Source of the DNA: Candidatus Omnitrophota bacterium
GTDB lineage: Bacteria; Omnitrophota; Gorgyraeia; Gygaellales; Profunditerraquicolaceae
Length of the DNA: 64,000 nucleotides
NCBI GenBank assembly: GCA_041650835.1
Contig: JBAZKL010000003.1
Span: 291,682-355,681 of the forward strand
Reading direction: 5' to 3'
In this document: positions 1-8,806 of the stretch, piece after piece
Layout of the letters: each line of letters begins with the position of its first letter
Position numbering within the stretch: position 1 is the stretch's first letter
The notes under the pieces: generated by a model
What the model saw: the letters and a program-made list of their open reading frames with translations, nothing else
Told to the model about the DNA's origin: nothing
Database searches by the model: none
Program-made: the position numbers and the translations under genes

Positions 1-314
1 AAGCATATTTGGCGCAAGGCCGCAGTATTGCTTTGTGCCTTGACTTTAAGGGCGCGCTGCGATTGAAAAAACTTTATCCGGCTGCCGCGGTGACGGTTTT
101 TGTCCGGCCCTCTTCGGTAAAAGACCTGTCGCGGAGAATAGAGGGCAGGTGCCGTAATACCGATAAAGAGGAAATTAAAAAGAGGGTCGAGCTTGCAGAG
201 AAGGAGATGCTGCAGGCGGATAAGTACGATTATTGCGTAGTTAATAAGAAGTTGGATGTGGCGGTAGAAAAGCTTAAAAAAGTGATAATGAAAGAAATAG
301 GAAAAACAGTGTAA
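1..314 (+). CDS. gmk: Guanylate kinase, C-terminal part (5' end truncated by window edge)
   Basis: ORF 9..314 translation matches the conserved C-terminal region of guanylate kinases and runs off the left edge with no plausible start; it sits in the conserved gmk-rpoZ arrangement. Confidence 0.7.
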   Translation, partial: AYLAQGRSIALCLDFKGALRLKKLYPAAAVTVFVRPSSVKDLSRRIEGRCRNTDKEEIKKRVELAEKEMLQADKYDYCVVNKKLDVAVEKLKKVIMKEIGKTV

Positions 315-318
315 TGAG

Positions 319-534
319 GTGTCTATGGCGTATATTGATTTGGAAAGGCTTTTAGAAAAAAGCGGCGGCTCGATCTATAAATTAGTAGTCGTGGCATCCC
401 GCAGGGCTTTAGAGATAGCCGAAGGACAGGCAAAGCTTGTTGAAGTAAGCAGCGCTGTCAAGCCGTCGAGCGTTGCTCTTATGGAAATTGCTGCGGGCAA
501 GGTGCGGTATAAGAAAGCTGCCGCGGCAAAATAA
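319..534 (+). CDS. rpoZ: DNA-directed RNA polymerase subunit omega
   Basis: 71-aa product with a YKLVVVASRRA-type core typical of RpoZ, immediately downstream of gmk. The true start may be the ATG at 325 rather than the GTG at 319. Confidence 0.8.
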   Translation: MSMAYIDLERLLEKSGGSIYKLVVVASRRALEIAEGQAKLVEVSSAVKPSSVALMEIAAGKVRYKKAAAAK

Positions 535-593
535 GCGTTTCTTTTAACGCAAGCCCCACTAACAGGATGATAGGGCGAGTGAAGGTAACGATG

Positions 594-1127
594 GGGAACA
601 AGCATGTTATTGTAGGAGTAACCGCAGGAATCGCTATTTATAAAGCCTGCGAGGTCGTGCGTCAGCTTAAGAAGCTTGGGCTGGCGGTAACGGTAGTCAT
701 GACCAAAGAGTCGGAGGAATTCATTAAACCGGCGCTTTTTCGGGGCCTCTCAGGTAATAAGGTGTATCAAGGATTATTTGATGATCCTGAATCCTGGGAG
801 ATCGGGCATATTTCCCTGTCTGATAAAGCCGCGGCCGTCGTCGTAGTCCCGGCGACCGCGAATTGTATCGGAAAGATCTCCGCCGGTATTTGTGATGATC
901 TCTTGACCTGCGTGATCGCGGCGACAAAAGCCCCGGTATTGATCTGCCCGGCAATGAACGAAAACATGTACACGAACAGGATCGTTCAGGACAATATAAA
1001 AAAATTAAAAGCGGCAGGATATAGATTCGTTGAACCAAAGATCGGCAGGCTTGCCTGCGGGAAGACGGGGATCGGCTGTTTGGCAGAAGTTGAAACGATA
1101 GTGAAATCGCTACAAAAGCTTATTTAG
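594..1127 (+). CDS. coaC: Phosphopantothenoylcysteine decarboxylase-like flavoprotein (stand-alone CoaC domain)
   Basis: Product aligns to the N-terminal flavoprotein (PPC decarboxylase) half of Dfp/CoaBC (GVTGGIAAYK-like FMN-binding region, PAMN motif). Start taken at the ATG giving MGNKHVIVGV. Confidence 0.7.
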   Translation, partial: GNKHVIVGVTAGIAIYKACEVVRQLKKLGLAVTVVMTKESEEFIKPALFRGLSGNKVYQGLFDDPESWEIGHISLSDKAAAVVVVPATANCIGKISAGICDDLLTCVIAATKAPVLICPAMNENMYTNRIVQDNIKKLKAAGYRFVEPKIGRLACGKTGIGCLAEVETIVKSLQKLI

Positions 1128-1131
1128 ATTT

Positions 1132-1203
1132 GGCGACGTAGCCAAGTGGCAAGGCAGCTGTCTGCAAAACAGCTATTCAGCGGTTCGAATCCGCTCGTCG
1201 CCT
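1132..1203 (+). tRNA. tRNA-Cys (anticodon GCA)
   Basis: Manual cloverleaf: 7-bp acceptor GGCGACG/CGTCGCC, anticodon loop CTGCAAA, T-arm AGCGGTTCGAATCCGCT, discriminator U as typical for tRNA-Cys. Confidence 0.85.
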
Positions 1204-1205
1204 CA

Positions 1206-1239
1206 TAAAATTGCTTTTGCTTTGCAAAAGCAATTTTAA
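1206..1239 (+). terminator. Hairpin AATTGCTTTTGC...GCAAAAGCAATT following tRNA-Cys
   Basis: Perfect 12-bp inverted repeat with a short loop in a T/A-rich context directly after the tRNA. Confidence 0.45.
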
Positions 1240-1316
1240 TCCCGAGCTGCTTTCATTTTTCTGTCGGCAGCGAGGGACAAATACTGAACGCCGTTTGGGG
1301 AAAAAATAGATCATCC

Positions 1317-1399
1317 GGGCAAGTGGTGGAATGGCATACACGATAGACTTAAAATCTATTGGCTGAAAGGCTGTGAGGGTCCGACTCCCTCCTTGCCCA
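1317..1399 (+). tRNA. tRNA-Leu (anticodon TAA)-like, type II, with atypical T-loop
   Basis: Perfect 7-bp acceptor GGGCAAG/CTTGCCC plus discriminator A, 3-bp D-stem, anticodon stem ATAGA/TCTAT with loop CTTAAAA, long variable arm, and a 5-bp T-stem. The T-loop reads TCCGACT (C at position 55 instead of the near-universal T), so it may be a degenerate copy. Confidence 0.55.
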
Positions 1400-1487
1400 T
1401 AAATGATATTGATTCTTTGTTTTAAAAGATTTAAGTAAGGCTCATGGTTCGACGTTGCTCACCGTGGCATCGGTAATAAATAGATTA

Positions 1488-1564
1488 GGGCTCATAGCTC
1501 AGTTGGTTAGAGCGTTGCGTTGACATCGCAAAGGTCTGAGGTTCAAGTCCTCATGGGCCCACCA
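1488..1564 (+). tRNA. tRNA-Val (anticodon GAC), CCA encoded
   Basis: GGGCTCATAGCTCAGTTGGTTAGAGC D-arm, anticodon loop TTGACAT, T-arm GGTTCAAGTCC, 3' ...GGGCCCACCA. Confidence 0.85.
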
Positions 1565-1772
1565 TTTTTTCGCGAAGCGAAAAAATGACCCCGAGCCGCC
1601 CTTGTTCTATTGTCAGCGGCGAGGGGCCATTCGACTCGCTGCTTCGCAGCTCGCTCATGGTTAAGGGTATCCGAATGATACCGAGCGAACAGCCTGAGTA
1701 GTGAGTCGAGGTACCATTCGACTCGCTTCGCGCGCGGGAAGTTAGGACAAAGATCATCAAGCAAGAAAGAGT

Positions 1773-2843
1773 ATGGATAAAATCGATTTAGGGCCGATCC
1801 AGGACCTTATTAATGATCCGCTGGTCTCTGAAATCATGATCAACGGCCCGAAAAAAATTTTCGCGGAAAAAAAAGGCAAGAAGCTCCTTACCGGCATCAC
1901 TTTTTCCGGCGAAGAAGAATTACGCGCTTTGCTCGACCGTATCTTTAGCGCTTCAAGTAAAAGAGTTGACGGGGATGTCCCGTATGCCGATGTTTGTTTG
2001 GATGACGGCACGCGCATTAATGCCATTATTCCTCCCTTATCGCGTTTTGGAATAAGCGTTACGTTCCGGAAATTCTCCCAGGAAATCAAGTCCCTCGACG
2101 ACCTTATTAAGAACGGCACCGTGACACAGAAGGCTGCCGATCTTTTGGTCGCCTGTATCAAGGGGAAGGTCAATATGATCTTTTCCGGGGGTACCGGCGT
2201 CGGCAAGACAACAACGCTGCAGGTCTTGTCCCGGTGCTGCCCGCCGGAAGAACGCGTGATCACCATTGAGGACGCGGCAGAATTACGCTTGGAGCAGGAA
2301 AACGTTATTTCTTTGGAAACCAAGGTGGCGGATAAGAACGGCCGCGGAGAAGTTACGATCCGCGACCTGATCCGTAACGCCTTGCGCATGTCTCCCGACC
2401 GGATCATCATCGGAGAGGTCAGAGGGGGAGAAGCTATCGATATGATCCAGGCAATGGCGACGGGCCATACGGGGACGATCGGTATCGTCCATGGAAATTC
2501 CCCCCGGGATGTCATTGCCCGGTTGGAAACGATGATCCTTATGTCGGGCTTGCTGCTTCCTCTGGCGGAGATCAGGAAAATGATCTGCTCAACGATCAAT
2601 ATCATCGTTCACCAGGAGCGCATGAGGGACGGGGTCCGCAGGGTCACCTATATTACCGAAGTCCGGGGTATTGAGCGCGAAGATATTGTTTTTAACGACC
2701 TGTTTACGTTTCAAACAGATGCTATTGAAGAGAGCGGGGCTATTCGAGGGGCATTAAAGCCGTCGATGCGCTATTACCCGTTGTTTTTCCAAAGGTTCCA
2801 GAAGATGGGGCTGCTTTCCAGCGACGTATTAGTGAAGGGGTAA
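1773..2843 (+). CDS. cpaF: CpaF/TadA-family type II/IV secretion ATPase
   Basis: VSEIMINGP N-terminal motif, Walker A GGTGVGKTT and a Walker B / His-box region typical of CpaF/VirB11-like ATPases. Confidence 0.75.
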   Translation: MDKIDLGPIQDLINDPLVSEIMINGPKKIFAEKKGKKLLTGITFSGEEELRALLDRIFSASSKRVDGDVPYADVCLDDGTRINAIIPPLSRFGISVTFRKFSQEIKSLDDLIKNGTVTQKAADLLVACIKGKVNMIFSGGTGVGKTTTLQVLSRCCPPEERVITIEDAAELRLEQENVISLETKVADKNGRGEVTIRDLIRNALRMSPDRIIIGEVRGGEAIDMIQAMATGHTGTIGIVHGNSPRDVIARLETMILMSGLLLPLAEIRKMICSTINIIVHQERMRDGVRRVTYITEVRGIEREDIVFNDLFTFQTDAIEESGAIRGALKPSMRYYPLFFQRFQKMGLLSSDVLVKG

Positions 2844-2845
2844 CC

Positions 2846-4588
2846 ATGGATTTAGAGATATTACGGCATTCGTGTTCTCATATTATGGCGCAGGCCGTGC
2901 AGGCATTATGGCCGCAGGTGAAATTAGGAATCGGCCCTTCCATTGAAGACGGGTTTTATTACGATTTCGAAAAGAAAGAGGCGTTTACCGACGAAGACCT
3001 CGCGCGGATCGAGCAGAAGATGCGCCAGATCATCGCTAAAGACGAGCCTTTTGTCAGGCGGGAACTTTCCAAGGATGAGGCGCGGGACTTGTTCCAAAAG
3101 CTCGGCCAGCAGTATAAGCTGGAGTTGATCCGCGATATTCCCGATGAAAAAGTTTCGGCCTATAAGACGGGCGATGATTTTATCGATCTGTGCCGCGGGC
3201 CGCACATAGAATCCACCGGAAAAATAAAGGTATTTAAGTTGTTATCGGTTGCCGGGGCGTATTGGCGCGGTATCGAGACCAATCCTATGCTGCAGAGGAT
3301 CTACGGCACCTGTTTTGAGACGCAAAAAGAACTGGATGATTACCTGAAGGTCATCGCGGACAGTAAGCTCTATGACCACAGGAAGCTGGGGCCGGCGCTG
3401 GAATTATTCGATGTTTACCAGGAAGAAGCAGGCGCGGGCCTGGTCTTTTATCATCCTAAAGGCGCTCTTTTGCGTAAGATCATCGAGGATTATGAGAAGA
3501 ACGAGCATTTAAAACGAGGGTATCAGCTGGTGATGACCCCGCATATCATGCAGGCGCAGCTGTGGCAACAGTCCGGGCATTACGACTATTACCGGGAGAA
3601 CATGTATACCCTCAAAGTGGATGACAAGGAATTTGTTTTAAAGCCGATGAATTGCCCGGGGCATATCCTGATCTATAAGTCGAAAAGCCGCAGTTACCGG
3701 GAAATGCCGGTACGCTTCTTTGAGCTGGGGACGGTCTACCGCTATGAAAAGGCAGGGGTGTTGCACGGGCTTTTACGTGTCCGCGGTTTTACGCAGGATG
3801 ACGCCCATATTTTTTGCCTGCCGTCGCAGTTGAAAGCGGAGATAAAGGCTATCGTTGAATTCGTTTTCTCCACCATGAAGATGTTCGGTTTCGAGTCGCT
3901 GGGAGTCGAATTGAGCACCCGCCCGGAAAAATCCATTGGCAGCGATGAGGATTGGCAGGAGGCTACCTTTGGCCTTACAGAATCATTGAAAGAGCTGGGG
4001 CTTGCCTATGAGGTCAATGAGGGGGAAGGGGCTTTTTACGGCCCCAAAATAGATATTAAATTAAAGGACGCGTTAAAGCGTTCCTGGCAGTGCGCGACGA
4101 TACAGTGCGATTTCGCGTTACCGAAGCGTTTCGACCTGAAGTATGTCGATACCGACGGCGCCCTTAAGCAGCCGGTCATGCTGCATAGGGTTTTATTAGG
4201 CAGTCTTGAGCGTTTTATCGCCTGTTTGACCGAACATTACGCCGGGACATTCCCGCTCTGGTTATCTCCGACGCAAGTAATGATCATACCGATCAAAGAA
4301 AGCGTTTATGAATACGGCAGCCGCGTGCAGGCGGCTTTAGAAGTTAACGGGATCCGCGTGGAAGTCGATAGCAGGAATGAGACATTGGATAAGCGCATAC
4401 GGGAAGCTGAGCTGGCGAAGGTCCCCTATACCCTGGTTTTGGGGGAGCGCGAGGCCAAGCAGGATACCGTATCGCTGCGGAAAAAAGGCGCGGGAAACCT
4501 CGGGGTTGTTCCCCTGGAAGATTTAATTAAAAAATTAAAAGAAGAAATAGATAACAAAAGTGCCGTGGACCAAGTGCGGAAAGAATAA
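2846..4588 (+). CDS. thrS: Threonyl-tRNA synthetase (short form lacking N-terminal TGS domain)
   Basis: 580-aa product with the second additional domain CSHIMAQA, a class II core and a C-terminal anticodon-binding domain; DHRKLG motif present. Confidence 0.9.
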   Translation: MDLEILRHSCSHIMAQAVQALWPQVKLGIGPSIEDGFYYDFEKKEAFTDEDLARIEQKMRQIIAKDEPFVRRELSKDEARDLFQKLGQQYKLELIRDIPDEKVSAYKTGDDFIDLCRGPHIESTGKIKVFKLLSVAGAYWRGIETNPMLQRIYGTCFETQKELDDYLKVIADSKLYDHRKLGPALELFDVYQEEAGAGLVFYHPKGALLRKIIEDYEKNEHLKRGYQLVMTPHIMQAQLWQQSGHYDYYRENMYTLKVDDKEFVLKPMNCPGHILIYKSKSRSYREMPVRFFELGTVYRYEKAGVLHGLLRVRGFTQDDAHIFCLPSQLKAEIKAIVEFVFSTMKMFGFESLGVELSTRPEKSIGSDEDWQEATFGLTESLKELGLAYEVNEGEGAFYGPKIDIKLKDALKRSWQCATIQCDFALPKRFDLKYVDTDGALKQPVMLHRVLLGSLERFIACLTEHYAGTFPLWLSPTQVMIIPIKESVYEYGSRVQAALEVNGIRVEVDSRNETLDKRIREAELAKVPYTLVLGEREAKQDTVSLRKKGAGNLGVVPLEDLIKKLKEEIDNKSAVDQVRKE

Positions 4589-4632
4589 TATTTATTATTA
4601 TTCCGTGATTTTGGCGCGACAAGGAGGAGATT

Positions 4633-5196
4633 GAGATTAAAAAATTTATTCGAATAAACGAAAGGATCCGTGTGCCGCAAGTGAGGCTGGTAGGAGCAGA
4701 AGGCAGCCAGCTGGGTGTTGTTACTATTGATAAAGCGCAGGAGTTGGCGAGCCAAGCCGCGTTAGACCTGGTTGAAGTAGCGCCCCAGGCAAACCCCCCG
4801 GTCTGCCGTATCATGGATTTCAGCAAATTTAAATACGACCAGGAGAAAAAAGAGCGCGAGGCAAAGAAGCATCAGCGCCAGAGCCGGCTTAAAGAGATCC
4901 GCCTGCACCCGAATATCGATGAACATGACCTGCAGGTAAAAGTAAAACAGGCGATCGGTTTCCTGGCTAAAAAAGACAGAGTGAAAGTCGATCTTTTCTT
5001 CAAGGGCAGGCAGATGGAGCATATGGACCTGGGAAGAAAAGTTTTAGATAAATTTATCAGTGATACGCAGAATGACGCGCTGGTGGAAAAAGAGCCTTCC
5101 TTGGAGGGGCGGATCATTTCATTGGTGCTTGCTCCTAAAAAGGGCGATGTGGTAAAGGTTGTCGCGAGTCCCGCGAAAAAAGAGGAAAAAAGTTAA
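4633..5196 (+). CDS. infC: Translation initiation factor IF-3, probable non-ATG (ATT/ATA) start
   Basis: ORF-track ORF begins at the GTG at 4672, but the reading frame is open upstream and encodes IKKFIRINERIRVPQVRLV, the canonical IF-3 N-terminus. An AAGGAGG Shine-Dalgarno sits at 4621-4627 and no ATG/GTG lies between. The exact start codon is uncertain. Confidence 0.75.
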   Translation, partial: EIKKFIRINERIRVPQVRLVGAEGSQLGVVTIDKAQELASQAALDLVEVAPQANPPVCRIMDFSKFKYDQEKKEREAKKHQRQSRLKEIRLHPNIDEHDLQVKVKQAIGFLAKKDRVKVDLFFKGRQMEHMDLGRKVLDKFISDTQNDALVEKEPSLEGRIISLVLAPKKGDVVKVVASPAKKEEKS

Positions 5197-5218
5197 ACTA
5201 TCGAGGCTGGAGCGTAAA

Positions 5219-5419
5219 ATGAAAAAGTTAAAGACAAAAAAGGGAGTTGCAAAAAGGTTCAAGTTGACCAAAAAAGGAAAGATCAAATATAAGGCCTGCG
5301 GAAAGGGCCATCTTTTGACCAATAAAAAATCTTCACGCATCCGCCGCTTGCGCAAAGCAGGTGTCTTGGAGGAATGCAAGGAAGTGAAATATCTAAAACG
5401 CATGCTGCCGTACGGATAA
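5219..5419 (+). CDS. rpmI: 50S ribosomal protein L35
   Basis: MKKLKTKKGVAKRFKLT... matches the L35 N-terminus. Start chosen at the internal ATG of ORF 5159..5419 because the upstream part overlaps the infC 3' end. Confidence 0.8.
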   Translation: MKKLKTKKGVAKRFKLTKKGKIKYKACGKGHLLTNKKSSRIRRLRKAGVLEECKEVKYLKRMLPYG

Positions 5420-5469
5420 ACACGCGCGTATAACGAAAAAATAATAAAAGAAGTTTTAAGGAGGATGTA

Positions 5470-5826
5470 ATGGCAAAGGCAAAACACAGCGTGGCAACAC
5501 GCAAACGTAAGAAGAAGCTGCTCAAACAAACAAAAGGATATTTCGGCGACCGCAGCAAGCAGTTCCAGCAGGCGCGGCGCGCGCTTGCCCAGGCGTTGGA
5601 ATACAGCTACCGCGACCGCCGTACCAAGAAGCGCGATTTTCGCAGGCTTTGGATCGCCCGTATTAACGCCGCCTGCAGGCAAGAGGGCATGACTTACAGC
5701 GCGTTTATGAAGGGTATGAAGAGCGCAGGCGTTGGTTTGGACCGGAAGATCATCGCTGAACTCGCGGTAAGAGAGCTTGCCGCATTTAAAAGGCTCCTCG
5801 AGATCGCGAAAAAACCTAAAGCGTAA
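5470..5826 (+). CDS. rplT: 50S ribosomal protein L20
   Basis: 118-aa basic protein with the conserved L20 core; completes the canonical infC-rpmI-rplT operon. Confidence 0.9.
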   Translation: MAKAKHSVATRKRKKKLLKQTKGYFGDRSKQFQQARRALAQALEYSYRDRRTKKRDFRRLWIARINAACRQEGMTYSAFMKGMKSAGVGLDRKIIAELAVRELAAFKRLLEIAKKPKA

Positions 5827-5866
5827 ACGGTTTTCAAACCGCAGGTAAAAACATTACGTAAAAAAT

Positions 5867-6511
5867 ATGTTTATTATCATTGTGGGATGCGGCAGGGTAG
5901 GGGCGGAGCTCGCCAAGTTATTATCGAGCGAAGGGCATAATGTGGCGGTCATCGACAAGAACCGCGCGTCCTTCGACCGTTTAGGCAACGCCTTTAACGG
6001 CCTGGTCCTGATCGGCAACGGCTTTGATCTGGGCCTGCTGAAGCAGGCGGGCATAGAAAAAGCGGACGCCTTTTGCGCGGTCACCAACGGCGATAATACG
6101 AATTTAGTCGCCGCCCAGGTCGCGCAAAAAATATTTAAGGTGCCGAAAGTGCTTGCCCGCGTCTATGACCCGCAGCGCGCCCATATTTACAGCGCCCTGG
6201 GCTTGAATATTATCAGCGGGACCATCCTTTTCGCGGCGATGCTGCGCGATAAGATCGTGGAAAGCCGTTTTTCGAGTTACCTGATCGAAAGCAATGAGAT
6301 CGGGGTCATCGAGATCGAGGTCAAAAACGGGTTGGTGCATAAAAAGATACAGGATATCAATATCCCCCAGGAATTTCTGGTCGTCGCTATCCGCCGGCTG
6401 GATGGGGTCGTCATTCCGGAGCCCAAGACGGTATTGCGCGATAAGGATATTTTAATGGCGGTAGTCAAAGTTTCCAGTTTAGCTAAAATCAAGGCGGAAT
6501 TTAAATTGTAA
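5867..6511 (+). CDS. trkA: Trk/Ktr potassium uptake NAD-binding regulatory subunit (TrkA-N + TrkA-C)
   Basis: IIVGCGRVG Rossmann motif at the N-terminus and a TrkA-C (RCK_C) C-terminal domain. Confidence 0.75.
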   Translation: MFIIIVGCGRVGAELAKLLSSEGHNVAVIDKNRASFDRLGNAFNGLVLIGNGFDLGLLKQAGIEKADAFCAVTNGDNTNLVAAQVAQKIFKVPKVLARVYDPQRAHIYSALGLNIISGTILFAAMLRDKIVESRFSSYLIESNEIGVIEIEVKNGLVHKKIQDINIPQEFLVVAIRRLDGVVIPEPKTVLRDKDILMAVVKVSSLAKIKAEFKL

Positions 6512-6517
6512 AGTAAG

Positions 6518-7186
6518 GTGTCTATGTATATTATTATCGTAGGCGCGGGAAAAGTCGGGTATTTCTTAGCTAAGCGGCTGTGTTTAAGCAAACACACGAT
6601 CAGTATCATCGATAAAGACAAGCAGGTCTGTGAAGCGGTCGCGAAAGAATTAGAGGCGCTGGTCATTAACGGCGACGGCTGCGACCCGGTCGTCCTGGAA
6701 GAAGCAGGCGGCTCGCGCGCCGATGTGCTTGCTTCGGTGACCGGTGAAGATGAAGACAACCTGATCATCTGCCAGCTTGCCAAACAAAAATTCAGGGTCC
6801 ATCGCACCATCGCCCGCGTAAACAACCCCGATAATGAACATATTTTTTCTGAGCTGGGGATCGATATCCCCGTTGATTCGACCAAGATCATCGCCAAGAT
6901 AGTCGAGGAAGAAGTATCGTTCTCGGATTTCGTGAATTTGATGAGCTTTAAGCGGGGGAAGCTGGCGATCGTGCGCGTTGACCTCCCCGAAGATTCTCCG
7001 GTCATCAATAAAGAGATAAAAAATGTCCATCTCCCGCAGAACTCGGTCCTGGTTTCGGTTGTGCGCGGGGAGGAAGTCATTGTCCCCAAGGGGGACACCA
7101 TCCTTAAGCCGGGCGACGATGTCATTGCCATTACTTCTATCGGGAACGAGCCCCAACTTTTAAATTTACTGGTCGGGAGGTTATGA
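6518..7186 (+). CDS. Second Trk/Ktr NAD-binding regulatory subunit paralog
   Basis: IIVGAGKVG Rossmann motif plus RCK_C; tandem with the first TrkA, as in KtrA/TrkA pairs. Confidence 0.75.
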   Translation: MSMYIIIVGAGKVGYFLAKRLCLSKHTISIIDKDKQVCEAVAKELEALVINGDGCDPVVLEEAGGSRADVLASVTGEDEDNLIICQLAKQKFRVHRTIARVNNPDNEHIFSELGIDIPVDSTKIIAKIVEEEVSFSDFVNLMSFKRGKLAIVRVDLPEDSPVINKEIKNVHLPQNSVLVSVVRGEEVIVPKGDTILKPGDDVIAITSIGNEPQLLNLLVGRL

Positions 7187-7187
7187 G

Positions 7188-7307
7188 ATGAAGATAGCGC
7201 CTCTCATGAACACGATTGCCGGTATTGCCGTTGAGGTCATGTACGCGGCATCCATTATCCTTACAGCGTTTATAACCTGCCTTATTTTAACGTCTATAAA
7301 AATATGA
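7188..7307 (+). CDS. Putative 39-aa hydrophobic micro-protein between trkA and trkH
   Basis: ATG one nt after the trkA stop; translation MKIAPLMNTIAGIAVEVMYAASIILTAFITCLILTSIKI is a single predicted TM helix. Its stop overlaps the trkH ATG (ATATGA). It is below the 60-aa cutoff of the ORF track. Confidence 0.3.
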   Translation: MKIAPLMNTIAGIAVEVMYAASIILTAFITCLILTSIKI

Positions 7308-8806
7308 TCCTGCGGCCGCATGTAGATGATGTCAAAATAATCGGGTATTATTTAGGCAGGATCATTCTTGGCCTGGGGCTGACAATGGTCGTTCCGATCA
7401 TTCTGGGCCTTTTTCTGGGAGAAGTTAACCCGGTGCTCGATTTTGTTATCGGCCTTGAGGTCACGATGATCTTCGGTTTATTGCTGACCAAGATCTGCTC
7501 GACCGATAAAGAAATGGGCTGGATGCACGGGATGATCGTCGTGTCTCTCTCGTGGCTGGCGGCAACGCTGGCAGGCGCTTTACCGCTGGTCTTAAGCGGC
7601 CATTGGAGCTCCTACCTTGATGCCTGTTTTGACGCTATGTCGGGCTTCGCGACAACCGGATTGACGCTGGTAGAGAACCTGGACCATTTGTCTTATACCC
7701 ATAATCTTTGGCGGCATTTGATCATGTTCATCGGCGGGCAAGGTATTGTTATTGTTGCCCTGTCGTTCCTGGTCAAAGGAGGCAGTGGCGCTTTAAAGAT
7801 GTATTTCGGGGAAGGCCGCGATGAAAAGATCATGCCGAACGTTATTAATACCAGCCGTTTTATCTGGCTGGTCAGTATCGTTTTTCTGGTTTTAGGCACG
7901 CTCGCTTTGGGGCTTGTCAGCCTCTTGAACGGAATGAAGCCGTTCAACAGCTTTTTTCACGGCGCCTGTATTTTTATGGCGGCCTTTGACACCGGCGGCT
8001 TTGCCCCGCAATCGCAAAACGTACTGTATTATCACAGCTTGCCGTATGAGATCATAACCGTCATTATTATGATACTGGGCGCGATCAATTTTAAGCTCCA
8101 TTATCATGTCTGGATGGGCAACCGTAAAGAGATCATAAAAAATATAGAGACCATCACTTTGTTTGTCACCGTCTTTATTACTTTTTTCGTGACCGCCGCG
8201 GGGCTGGCGCAAACCGGCGTTTATCCGAAAGCGCTCATGTTGTTGCGTAAAGGTTTTTATCAGTTGATCTCCGGCCATACCGGAACGGGGTACCAGACGC
8301 TTTATCCGTCGCAACTCATTAATGATTGGAACCATCTTTCGCTGGTAGCGCTTATTTGCGCCATGGGCCTGGGAGGCGCGGTTTGTTCGACCACCGGCGC
8401 GATCAAAATGCTGCGCGTCGGCGTTATTTTTAAGGCGCTCATCCAGGATATTAAACGGATCATGATGCCGGAAAAAGCCGTTGTTCTGCAAAAAATACAC
8501 CATATTAGAGGGATCTTTCTGGCCGATAAACAGGTGCGCGCGGTTTTCCTGATCACCCTGGCGTACCTTTTACTTTACGGCGCGGGCGCCATGGTCGGGA
8601 TGTGGTACGGGTATCCGTTCATAAATTCACTGTTCGAATCTACCTCCGCGGCGGCAAACGTCGGCCTGTCGTGCGGGGTGACGGCTGTCTCTATGCCTGC
8701 GGGGTTAAAGCTGACCTATATCGCGCAGATGTGGGCAGGCAGGCTTGAATTCATGTCGATATTTACGCTGCTCGGTTTTTTTGTCGCCGCGGTGAAAGGC
8801 AAGTAA
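7304..8806 (+). CDS. trkH: Trk/Ktr potassium transporter membrane subunit
   Basis: Polytopic membrane protein with repeated GxxTxG-like selectivity-filter regions (GFATTGLT), TrkH/KtrB family. Confidence 0.8.
   Translation: MILRPHVDDVKIIGYYLGRIILGLGLTMVVPIILGLFLGEVNPVLDFVIGLEVTMIFGLLLTKICSTDKEMGWMHGMIVVSLSWLAATLAGALPLVLSGHWSSYLDACFDAMSGFATTGLTLVENLDHLSYTHNLWRHLIMFIGGQGIVIVALSFLVKGGSGALKMYFGEGRDEKIMPNVINTSRFIWLVSIVFLVLGTLALGLVSLLNGMKPFNSFFHGACIFMAAFDTGGFAPQSQNVLYYHSLPYEIITVIIMILGAINFKLHYHVWMGNRKEIIKNIETITLFVTVFITFFVTAAGLAQTGVYPKALMLLRKGFYQLISGHTGTGYQTLYPSQLINDWNHLSLVALICAMGLGGAVCSTTGAIKMLRVGVIFKALIQDIKRIMMPEKAVVLQKIHHIRGIFLADKQVRAVFLITLAYLLLYGAGAMVGMWYGYPFINSLFESTSAAANVGLSCGVTAVSMPAGLKLTYIAQMWAGRLEFMSIFTLLGFFVAAVKGK

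Noticed and set aside
1757-2605. 282-aa minus-strand ORF antisense to the cpaF gene
   Set aside because: Entirely overlaps a strongly supported + strand gene and is a low-complexity Ser/Ile-rich translation; typical antisense shadow ORF.
6277-7131. 284-aa minus-strand ORF antisense to the trkA paralogs
   Set aside because: Shadow ORF inside two well-supported + strand genes; no domain signal.
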